From: a virus
Virus record (IMG/VR): IMGVR_UViG_3300030294_000015
Location: 1 to 64,000 of that record
Reading direction: 5' to 3' (one strand)
DNA: 64,000 nt
Of the stretch, positions 52,136-60,807 are shown one piece after another; the first letter of the stretch is position 1, and every line of letters begins with the position of its first letter. The translations under genes and the position numbers were made by a program. The notes beneath the pieces were generated by a model. The model did no database searches. It was not told where the DNA came from and was given only the letters and a program-made list of their open reading frames with translations.

Positions 52136-52148
52136 AATTATATATTAT
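52136..52148 (+). promoter_or_regulatory. Early promoter AATTATATATTAT (sigma-like gene)
   Basis: Matches the recurrent early motif. Confidence 0.65.
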
Positions 52149-52172
52149 ATACTTGAAGGAGGAGATTAAATT

Positions 52173-53114
52173 ATGAAAAAATTTATGACAAGGGACGAAA
52201 ACAAAAAAATCATCAGTGTTTCAGATTGGCAGGCAGAACCACAAGATTTATTAATTATGCAAATAAATGATTATATAATCGCACCTGTTTCAAAATATTT
52301 CAATGCGGATCAAAGTATGGATTATTTTTCAGTAAGATCTAAAAAAGCATATAATAGACCTGAACTTAGAGCACTAATAGTACATAAATTGAATTACTTT
52401 GAAAAGTTCTATGATACTGATAAAGAGTTGTTAGCTGTATATGCTAATATAAAGTATCTTATAGATTGTGAGCCTAACTATACTAAAGAATCATTATTCT
52501 ATGATCTAAAGAAGTACATAATTCATGGACCATCCTTATCATTAAAAATGGACTATATGAATAAGGATAATTATAGACCAGCAAAAATTAAATTTAATGG
52601 AAGCGATAGGTTATTATACTATGATAATAGTCATATATATATAATGATGAGAATATCATTAACTATGACAGCTATTATTCCATTACTAACTCATTTTGCC
52701 AATAAGAAAAAAGTACAATTGATAGAACCCTTTCTATTAGAAATTTATTCTTACATTATTAGATCATATAGTGATTTTGTAGATTTATATTCTAAATATA
52801 CAGGAACTTGTGCTACTATTATATCTAAGAATAAAAGATATAATAGTATATGGAATAATCAGGATATAAGATCTATAAATGAAACTACTCAAACAATAGC
52901 ATCTGTAAATAATATCATAGTAAACATTATGCCAAAATATATATATAATGACTCCGCAGTCACTTTGAACTTCGCATCTGTAGGTAATGTTATTAAGTAT
53001 AAAATAACTGATGCTGGGTATGATTTTGCTTATTCTTCTCTCAGTTCATCAGATAGGGATTTTGAAGAGATAAGCTCATTTGATAAGTATGAGGCATTGC
53101 TAAGTAAGTGTGAT
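52173..53114 (+). CDS. Exon 1 of a ~501-aa protein, probably the sigma-like promoter-specificity subunit of the non-virion RNAP
   Basis: Early promoter; size and position two genes after the chaperonin recall AR9 gp226/gp228 (synteny from memory). Splice after ..LLSKCD. Confidence 0.55.
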
Positions 53115-54705
53115 CGGTTTGGTCACTTCTCTATAGTAATATAGAGTCGAATAACTCTCTATAAATTGCTGGGAAGCTCACAAAAGTTCATAAACCATAA
53201 TAGAAATAAAAATGGTAACGAAAGCAGAAACAATATATGAACCTGACATATGCTGAAATAAAAGCCTATTATATAGGTGCTAAGTGTTATTGACAAGGAG
53301 TAATCAGCAGCAAATTAATATTATCATCTTAAAAAATACGAATAAGAAGGGAAAGATATTTATACAATTAAAATCATTTATGACACGAGATATACCTAAT
53401 CCTAATCATACATTTCTAAAGAAAAACGGTTTACAACAATTCATGATAAGAGAACCATTTTTATTTGAAGAATGGGTACAAATATGTACATTCTTACCAG
53501 AAGTGAAAGAATATTATTGGATAAGTAATCATGGTAAAGTATTAAATAATAAATCCATACCATTTGTACATATGAATATTAACTTGGATAACCGTGGATA
53601 TGAACAAATTTCATTGTCTACAAATAATGGAGGTAAAACTTTTAAAGTACATAGATTAGTAGGAATAGCATTTAATTATATAGATAATTATGAAGAATTG
53701 ACAGTGAATCATTTAGATGCAAACAAACGTGATAACTATTCATATAATTTACAATGGGCTACTAATTATGAAAATATGAGACATGCATGTGAACATGGTT
53801 TGTTTCCTGTTGGTGAAGATTCCTTTTTAAGTATATTATCTAATAATGATGTAGAAAATATATGTAAATATCTTCAAGAAGGATTACCATTTGAAACTAT
53901 TATAGAAAATGTTCCAAACATGAATAATCTTAGATACCCAATATCTTCAATATGGTCTATTTATAGTAGATGGGCATGGAAACATATTTCTAAAAAATAT
54001 GAGTTTAGTATCTATAAAGGTAATAGATTTAAATTTAATAATAATGAAATTATTAAAATATGTGAATATTTGGAACAAAATCTAGATTATAAAGAAATAA
54101 TAAAAGGATTAGGATATGATATAACTAATATGTCTAAAGAAACTTTAAAGGAATATAATCATTCTATTAGTACTATAAGATTAAAACAAACCTATACTGA
54201 AATATCTAAAGATTACAATTTTCATACTGAAAGAAGTTATCAAAAATTTAATACAGATGAAATACATGAAATTTGTTTTTATTTACAAAGCGGTTTAGAT
54301 TATGAAAAAATACTAAAAAGAATGAATGTTGTTCCTAATAATGAAACAGAACTGTATAATTATAAATGTGTAATATCAAGAATAAAAAGCAGAAGATGTT
54401 TTCAAAATATATCAAACAATTATGAATTTTAAGATGATAATTAATTTGTTCAACGACTATCGAAAGCTATATACTAAGACGATATTCTTAGTTGAAAATA
54501 AGGTATTAGAGATAATACACGAAGCAAGTAGAGTAGAGCCAAGTGGTAAGGTTTCTCGTAATAAGAGATATAATACCTTTTAAATCGAAACAAGAGAGCT
54601 GCCTATATATTCGTTATAGGTAGATGATATAGTCTACTATCTTACTTAACAGTAAGGAAGTTTATAATAAAACTGTACTATCTAACGAATAGTATGAATA
54701 CTAGG
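53115..54705 (+). mobile_element. Group I intron (1591 nt) carrying an HNH endonuclease
   Basis: AATTGCTGGGAAG, AATCAGCAGC, GTTCAACGACTATCG and GATATAGTCTA; P1 GUGAU/GUCAC with U-G pair; P10 GGUUU/AAGCC; in-frame join KCD|EAL. Confidence 0.88.
53284..54432 (+). CDS. Intron-encoded HNH homing endonuclease (true start probably near 53360-53380)
   Basis: YWISNHGKV, VHRLVGIAF, VNHLDANKRDN..NLQWAT..EN..H and three helical repeats. Confidence 0.88.
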   Translation: MLLTRSNQQQINIIILKNTNKKGKIFIQLKSFMTRDIPNPNHTFLKKNGLQQFMIREPFLFEEWVQICTFLPEVKEYYWISNHGKVLNNKSIPFVHMNINLDNRGYEQISLSTNNGGKTFKVHRLVGIAFNYIDNYEELTVNHLDANKRDNYSYNLQWATNYENMRHACEHGLFPVGEDSFLSILSNNDVENICKYLQEGLPFETIIENVPNMNNLRYPISSIWSIYSRWAWKHISKKYEFSIYKGNRFKFNNNEIIKICEYLEQNLDYKEIIKGLGYDITNMSKETLKEYNHSISTIRLKQTYTEISKDYNFHTERSYQKFNTDEIHEICFYLQSGLDYEKILKRMNVVPNNETELYNYKCVISRIKSRRCFQNISNNYEF

Positions 54706-55269
54706 GAAGCCTTAGTTCTCCAGAATAATGTAAATGGAGAACAAGCAATGCAATTAATAAGAATGTCATTTGGACCTTTTGATAATAATGAAATAGAATT
54801 TTATAGAAGAAGATTAAATGTTGATAACTCTGGAGTTATTCATACATTCCAGAAAGACTTAATATTTAATATCTTTTATAAGTATTTCGGTGATACTATG
54901 TCTGTTAATACTATAAATGAAACAGATTATATTATTTTATTATTAGCTGCAAAGAAAATATCAGAACAATCTAAATGTAGATATCTTCCATATGTATTTA
55001 GTGGCAGAATTACTCGATATGTAAGGAAAACAAAATTAAATAAAAAAGAAAAAGATAAAATGATTACTTCTCCTGATTATAGATTGATTCAACAAATGTA
55101 TAGAACATCAAAAGTTTTAGACCAAATGGAATCTTATGCCGCTACTATTTTATATAGTGATTTTGAAATGATTGATTATAAGAATCCTCAAAATGATGGT
55201 GTAATGTTACCAAAGTTTCCTGAATTAGTTGTACATGAAATACAGAAGTATGTGTTATGGATTTCCTAA
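54706..55269 (+). CDS. Exon 2 of the probable sigma-like RNAP subunit
   Basis: No RBS before ATG 54694; in frame with exon 1 after splicing. Confidence 0.6.
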   Translation, partial: EALVLQNNVNGEQAMQLIRMSFGPFDNNEIEFYRRRLNVDNSGVIHTFQKDLIFNIFYKYFGDTMSVNTINETDYIILLLAAKKISEQSKCRYLPYVFSGRITRYVRKTKLNKKEKDKMITSPDYRLIQQMYRTSKVLDQMESYAATILYSDFEMIDYKNPQNDGVMLPKFPELVVHEIQKYVLWIS

Positions 55270-56314
55270 TATGAATAATGAAACTATTAATAGAATAAAT
55301 AATAGATTATTAGAAATCCCAGGTGCTAAGTTGGTACAAGGAAATCGATGGATTATTATTAGATGTATGTATTGTGGTGATTCATTAAATAGTACTCATG
55401 CACATTTCGGTATTCATTTACCAGTGAATGAAGATGATTTATATTACTTTAATTGCTTTAAATGTCATACTACTGGAAGATTGACAACAGATACATTAAT
55501 GACATTCGGTATTTTTGATGTGGATATTATAAGTGGATTATCTAATTGGAATAAAAGAGTATTATCTAGACCTGAAAATAGAATATTTAAAGATCAAATA
55601 TATATGGTGAAAAATTCACATATAAATCAATCTAAATTAACTGATGCTAAATTGAATTATATAAATAATAGATTAGGAATTAATATGACTTATAAAGATA
55701 TACTAGATAAAAAGATAATTCTTAATATAAATGATTTATTAGATGAAAATCATATTACTAAACTTACTAGAGACCCTAATGTAGTAAAACAACTAGATGG
55801 TGGGTTTCTAGGTTTCTTATCTCAAGATAATGCTTTTATTAATATGAGAAGATTAGTTAATGAAGAAAAAGTAATGGAACCTCTAAGAAAGAGATATGTA
55901 AATTATAATCTATTTGGTAAATTTGATAATACTCAAAAATATTATACTATTCCTACTACAATTAGATTAGATAATCCTAAAAAGATAAAATTAAAAATAG
56001 CAGAAGGACCTTTTGATATTTTATCTATATTTTATAATTTATCTAACCAAGATACTGATAATTGTATTTACTCATCTATAACTGGTTCTGGATATATTAA
56101 CATATTAGAATTCTTTCTTATTAAGAAAAGATTAATAAATATGGAAGTAGATATCTACATGGATAGTGATATAAAAGAAAGAGTATTATATGCTATAAAG
56201 CAATTATTAGACTACTTTGGTGTACCTTTACGGCTTCATCGTAATATTTATCCAGGAGAAAAAGACTTCGGTGTCAAACATTCAAAAATACAGGATCAGA
56301 TATTGAATATCTAG
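55229..56314 (+). CDS. DNA primase (Zn finger + TOPRIM)
   Basis: RCMYCGDS..H..FNCFKC, IAEGPFD, YMDSD and KDFG. Confidence 0.8.
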   Translation: MYMKYRSMCYGFPNMNNETINRINNRLLEIPGAKLVQGNRWIIIRCMYCGDSLNSTHAHFGIHLPVNEDDLYYFNCFKCHTTGRLTTDTLMTFGIFDVDIISGLSNWNKRVLSRPENRIFKDQIYMVKNSHINQSKLTDAKLNYINNRLGINMTYKDILDKKIILNINDLLDENHITKLTRDPNVVKQLDGGFLGFLSQDNAFINMRRLVNEEKVMEPLRKRYVNYNLFGKFDNTQKYYTIPTTIRLDNPKKIKLKIAEGPFDILSIFYNLSNQDTDNCIYSSITGSGYINILEFFLIKKRLINMEVDIYMDSDIKERVLYAIKQLLDYFGVPLRLHRNIYPGEKDFGVKHSKIQDQILNI

Positions 56315-56364
56315 AAGGATAGGTCAAATCCTATCCTTTATTTTATAGAAAGAAGGAATTTAAT

Positions 56365-56709
56365 ATGATATACATAATAAATGATGAAGAACAAGAAAAA
56401 GTTAAGAAAGCTTTAGCTGATAATTCTATTGAATTTAAAAACTTTGATACTCCGTTAGATGCTTTTGTATATGAAGAATCTATATATAGAACAAATGAAT
56501 ATGAAAAAGAAAATAATGTTAAATTTACTGAAGAATGTAGAGATACAATGGAAGGAACAATAGAAGGATTTTTGTCTACAAATAATTTTTTAGATAATGA
56601 TCACTTATGTGATTTAGTTGAAGAAGCTATTGATAATGCAATGGATTATTGTAAAAAAGAAAATCTAAAAGTATTTATGACTAGAGAAGAAGAAACAAAG
56701 GAGGATTAA
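56365..56709 (+). CDS. Small acidic hypothetical protein with a C-terminal FMTR motif
   Basis: AGAAGGA RBS; E/D-rich. Confidence 0.6.
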   Translation: MIYIINDEEQEKVKKALADNSIEFKNFDTPLDAFVYEESIYRTNEYEKENNVKFTEECRDTMEGTIEGFLSTNNFLDNDHLCDLVEEAIDNAMDYCKKENLKVFMTREEETKED

Positions 56710-56711
56710 TA

Positions 56712-57218
56712 ATGCTGAATAATGAAACTATAGACTGTTTTGGACACTGGTGTTTTGAAGATATGGTTTGTATGACATGTAATGAAGAAAGTAAGTGTCA
56801 AACTACAAAACGAAATAAAGAAATAGAATATAAAAAATCTATTAAAGATGAAAGATGTCATAAATGTATGGATTTAGTAAAATGTCACCAACAAATAAAA
56901 AATTGTTTCGGTAATCTTAAACAAGATTGTATTACATATAAATGTAAATGTAGATACGAGTGTGATAAAAATTCATATAAAGAACTAAAGGTAAAATGTG
57001 TAAAATCAATTACTATGAGAGTAGAAACAATTGATAGATTTGAATTTGAAAAAGATAAAGAATATACATTGTATTGTACAGACAGCGGATTATTATCAAC
57101 AGAAAAATCTTCTTATGGTGTTGTATTAGGTAGAAAAGATCACTATAGACTAGGAGATATATTTGATAGATATTTTATTATTATTCCGATTTATAAGGAT
57201 TTAAAGTTAGTAGAATAA
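56712..57218 (+). CDS. Cys-rich hypothetical protein
   Basis: Repeated CFG..CxxC..C units. Confidence 0.6.
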   Translation: MLNNETIDCFGHWCFEDMVCMTCNEESKCQTTKRNKEIEYKKSIKDERCHKCMDLVKCHQQIKNCFGNLKQDCITYKCKCRYECDKNSYKELKVKCVKSITMRVETIDRFEFEKDKEYTLYCTDSGLLSTEKSSYGVVLGRKDHYRLGDIFDRYFIIIPIYKDLKLVE

Positions 57219-57337
57219 TTATAAGAGGGATTATCCCTCTTATAATTTATCAGTAAATATTTGATTGTATAATTGTGTATTATAATAAGAATATAGTATT
57301 ATGTCATCAAATAAAATAAATAGAGAGGAAATAAATT

Positions 57338-57598
57338 ATGGACATTAAAAAAGAAAACCAACTACAAAAAGATATAAAATTAAAAAGACAAAATATAGAA
57401 GAAAAATATAAGTATGATAAAGATAAACTAATAATTATATTAGAACAAATTGCTGGTATATGTAGAAGAAATAGAACTTTAGTTGGGGAAGGAGTGTTTA
57501 CAGAATTTTGTAAATACTTATATGAAAATGGATATGATGGTTATCATATAGGTGTTTATTTAAAAGATTGGAGAAGTGAAGTACTAGAAAATATATAA
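57338..57598 (+). CDS. hypothetical early protein
   Basis: Early promoter at 57271-57283 and GAGG RBS. Confidence 0.55.
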   Translation: MDIKKENQLQKDIKLKRQNIEEKYKYDKDKLIIILEQIAGICRRNRTLVGEGVFTEFCKYLYENGYDGYHIGVYLKDWRSEVLENI

Positions 57599-57605
57599 GG
57601 AGTAT

Positions 57606-57887
57606 GTGTGTAAAATAAAATTGAAACAAAAAGTATCAGATTCGATACAAATGAACAAGATATTTATAGAATCACAGTATTCTATATCATCTTTAAAACT
57701 AATGATAAAATTTTATCATAATATGTGTAAATATAAAAATGATAATTCAGATTTTAAGTTTAATGATTATGTATCGATATTTATACAATCATTATCACAT
57801 GAAAGTAATATGTCTTATAAAGATATTAGTAGTATCTTATATAATTGGTATTATGAAATAGAAAATTTATCTATAAAAAATAAATAA
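57606..57887 (+). CDS. hypothetical protein
   Basis: AAGGAG RBS. Confidence 0.5.
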   Translation: MCKIKLKQKVSDSIQMNKIFIESQYSISSLKLMIKFYHNMCKYKNDNSDFKFNDYVSIFIQSLSHESNMSYKDISSILYNWYYEIENLSIKNK

Positions 57888-57964
57888 GGAGTTTAATACA
57901 CTCCTTTATTTTTTACGAAATATGAAAGTTAAACATTTTATTAATTGAAAGGAGGTATCTTCTA

Positions 57965-59164
57965 ATGACTAAATTTACAAATAAAAAGTATACTAATACT
58001 ATATCTAATCTTATAGATGGTATGAATAATAGATTAAAAAATCCATTCTATATTCATAATGATAAACAACCACCAACACCTGTTGATTATTATAATCAAT
58101 CATCTACCCAAACATCAATAGATGAAAATCTATTGCAAGAATATAAAGATTTAGGTGAAGATTCACCTATAAAATTTAATAAAATAGAAGACTTTATTCT
58201 ATATGGGATTCAACAAATAGAAGTAAATTATAATATAACTGATAACGGTTTAGAATCAGATACTTTACAAGGAGAAGCGTATGTATTACCAAATACGTTT
58301 ATACCAAAGAAAGGTGATTTCTTTAGAATAAAATATCTTAAACAACCATTATTATTTAAAATTGTTAGTTGTACTATAGACACTATAGATAATCTAAGCA
58401 ACTTTTATAAAATTCAATGGGTATATGATAGACCAGACACAAGCGATATAGACAAACAAGTTGTAGAGAATCTAGTAGCTATTGTAGAAAATATAGGAAC
58501 AGAGTTTAAAACAGTTATTAAAAAATCTGAATATAAATTTATAGAACTAATAGATCAAACTCTATCTAAATTAAAAGAATATTATAAAGTATTATTTTAT
58601 TCTGATAGAGTAGAGACATTTATTTTTTCTAATATGACTAATTTTTTCTATGATCCTTACGCAGTTGAATTCATTAAAAAACATGATTTAATAAGTACTC
58701 TAGATGATTACTTATATATAACACAACAAATAGAATTACATAATACATTTATATTAGAATATGATAAATCATTATTTAGAGCAATAGAAAAACAAGATAA
58801 GAAAATAGGAAAGTATATAGGATCTTCACAAGCAGAATTTATACAAGATGTATTTGGAGTGTTCTCTTATAGATCTGAGCCTTATTATAAGATAATATAT
58901 AAGGATTATAAATTTCCTAATCTAGAAATAATAGATTTTATAGATGAAGATTTGGTAAATAGAATAGGGACTGATAATCTATACTATGAAGACGAATTAA
59001 AATATAGAAATATTATAATTAAGTATTTAAATAATGATACTGTAGACCTTTCAGATATTAATGCTATAGATGGTATTCAATATACAGCAAATAAATATTT
59101 ATTTTACGAATTATTATTTATTATATATATACTTGAAAAGAACGTAAAGATTTTATTAGGTTAA
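57965..59164 (+). CDS. Virion structural protein (phiKZ/AR9-like head-tail region)
   Basis: VDYYNQ and GEAYVLPNTFIPKKGDFF; late promoter. Confidence 0.55.
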   Translation: MTKFTNKKYTNTISNLIDGMNNRLKNPFYIHNDKQPPTPVDYYNQSSTQTSIDENLLQEYKDLGEDSPIKFNKIEDFILYGIQQIEVNYNITDNGLESDTLQGEAYVLPNTFIPKKGDFFRIKYLKQPLLFKIVSCTIDTIDNLSNFYKIQWVYDRPDTSDIDKQVVENLVAIVENIGTEFKTVIKKSEYKFIELIDQTLSKLKEYYKVLFYSDRVETFIFSNMTNFFYDPYAVEFIKKHDLISTLDDYLYITQQIELHNTFILEYDKSLFRAIEKQDKKIGKYIGSSQAEFIQDVFGVFSYRSEPYYKIIYKDYKFPNLEIIDFIDEDLVNRIGTDNLYYEDELKYRNIIIKYLNNDTVDLSDINAIDGIQYTANKYLFYELLFIIYILEKNVKILLG

Positions 59165-59199
59165 CATTTGAATAAATATCTATAAGGAGGACTTTAAAT

Positions 59200-59310
59200 A
59201 TGGATTTGGATTTGAATTTAGAAACCGTATTATTTTTAGAATTAGATACTGATGAAGCTGCTGAGACTATAGAAGAAGATTTCAGCTTTATTGATTTTTG
59301 GATAGATTAA
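59200..59310 (+). CDS. Small highly acidic peptide (36 aa); not in the ORF track
   Basis: AAGGAGG RBS and late promoter at 59163-59174; MDLDLNLETVLFLELDTDEAAETIEEDFSFIDFWID. Confidence 0.65.
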   Translation: MDLDLNLETVLFLELDTDEAAETIEEDFSFIDFWID

Positions 59311-59324
59311 AGGAGGAATAAATA

Positions 59325-59885
59325 ATGTCTAATGTAACAACAAAAAATGTAAATGTATATCCATCACCAGGAAGATTAGTATATGAAATAACACCACCGT
59401 TAAGAGGAGCTGTATATAGTATAGAATTAACTACATTGGTAATATTAAAAATGATTAAATCAGGACATAAAGTAGAAGAGAATATTTCTGATACAAAAAA
59501 AGTATTTTTAAATGTAGAAAATTATGATAGAGATAATACTCAAGATACAGTTATTACCAATACGACAGCTGTAACAAATAGTGAATTACTTTCTAAGTAT
59601 AGTGTATTAAATACAGATTATACAAATTTAAAGACATCTTATGACGAATTGGAAGCTAAGTATACTGCGTTACAATCCGAGAATACAACATTAAATGCTA
59701 AGGTAGATAGTTGTACATCTCAAATAAGTGATTTAGAACAAAAAAATAAAGATCAAAGTACTGAAATTGAAAAATTGGAAGAGGATTTAACTTCTAGTAC
59801 AAATACAACAAGTAATAATACTTCTACAACTGATAATACATCAACAAATAATACAACAACTTCAACAGATACAACAACAAAATAA
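59325..59885 (+). CDS. hypothetical coiled-coil protein with a Thr-rich tail
   Basis: Heptad region followed by TSTNTTSNNT.. Confidence 0.65.
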   Translation: MSNVTTKNVNVYPSPGRLVYEITPPLRGAVYSIELTTLVILKMIKSGHKVEENISDTKKVFLNVENYDRDNTQDTVITNTTAVTNSELLSKYSVLNTDYTNLKTSYDELEAKYTALQSENTTLNAKVDSCTSQISDLEQKNKDQSTEIEKLEEDLTSSTNTTSNNTSTTDNTSTNNTTTSTDTTTK

Positions 59886-59891
59886 AAAAAT

Positions 59892-59918
59892 AATAGAGCA
59901 CAATTTCGTGCTCTATTT
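59892..59918. terminator. Bidirectional terminator
   Basis: AATAGAGCAC-AATTTC-GTGCTCTATT flanked by A and T tracts. Confidence 0.75.
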
Positions 59919-60159
59919 TTTAATATAGTATTATAAATGTGTGTTATCGTCGTACATTTACTTCACCCCCTTCGCTGTCGAGAATAAAGTATTTATATAT
60001 TTAGCATAAACATCCCTTCTTTCTTGAATTATGTATTTAGTGTTAAATTAAAGATGCACAATTCTTATAATTATTTTATCTTTACACTATAATAATATAC
60101 AATTATAATATTAAAGTTTTACAAAATAAAGATAGTAGGGATTAACCTACTATCATATT

Positions 60160-60366
60160 TTAATAGAATTCTATTGGTTCTAATTTTCTTTGTGTCTCTG
60201 GTAATATTAATGTAAAATTATATAAAGCTTGTATAACTTCATTAGTAGGCTTCCTTACATTTTTACCACCTAGATCCACATAAAATCTTTTTGATTTTAG
60301 ATATTCATCTAATTCTTTATTTGCTTCTAAAGTATAAGCAATTTTTACACTATATTGATCTCCATC
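60160..60366 (-). CDS. RNA polymerase beta'-like catalytic subunit, exon 2 (not in the ORF track)
   Basis: DGDQYSVKIAYTLEANKEL..EVIQALYNFT..EFY*; completes the DYDGD motif. Confidence 0.9.
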   Translation of the reverse strand, partial: DGDQYSVKIAYTLEANKELDEYLKSKRFYVDLGGKNVRKPTNEVIQALYNFTLILPETQRKLEPIEFY

Positions 60367-60807
60367 CTTCAGATTTCTTAAATCGTAATCTGATAATTTA
60401 TAAATTAAGACGATTTAAAAAATGTTAGTGTAACCTGTAGACGCAACTCTACCAGAAGACTTTCATCTTCCTAGACTATATTATCTTGAATCTCTTCAAG
60501 CTACCTCTTTCGGAATTATCATAAGCTTATAATCCCTACTCTACTCGCTTCGTGTATATTTATTATACCTTATTTTTAACTAGACATATCTCTATGTAAA
60601 CTAGTATATAGCTTTCGATAGTCGTTGAACGTTCCCTATTTATATTAAATAAGGCTTCGATGCTGATTACCCAATTATTAATTATTCTCAAGCATTCACA
60701 CTTAAAGTTTCCAATTATGTTGTAGCTAATTAACTTTCTAAGGCTTTCCAGCAGTTAAGGTAGTTTTTGTTTCGGCTTTTGCCAAGAAGACTACAATGGA
60801 GAGGTTT
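60367..60807 (-). mobile_element. Group I intron (441 nt, no endonuclease) inside the RNAP catalytic motif
   Basis: AACTGCTGGAAAG, AATCAGCA, GTTCAACGACTATCG and AATATAGTCTAG; P1 GAGACUAU/GUAGUCUU; P10 UCUCCAU/AUGGAGA; terminal G. Confidence 0.92.

Noticed and set aside
53284-53360. N-terminal MLLTRSNQQQ.. of the intron HNH ORF
   Set aside because: It overlaps ribozyme core elements; the RBS-like AGAAGGGA lies further downstream.
971-56685. FMxR as a DNA motif (TTTATGACAAGA) or an internal start signal
   Set aside because: Synonymous codons vary, the motif is always in frame, and several copies lie a few codons before stop codons.
60730-60807. C-terminal KPLHCSLLGKSRNKNYLNCWKALES of the RNAP ORF
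   Set aside because: This is read-through into intron sequence, not protein.
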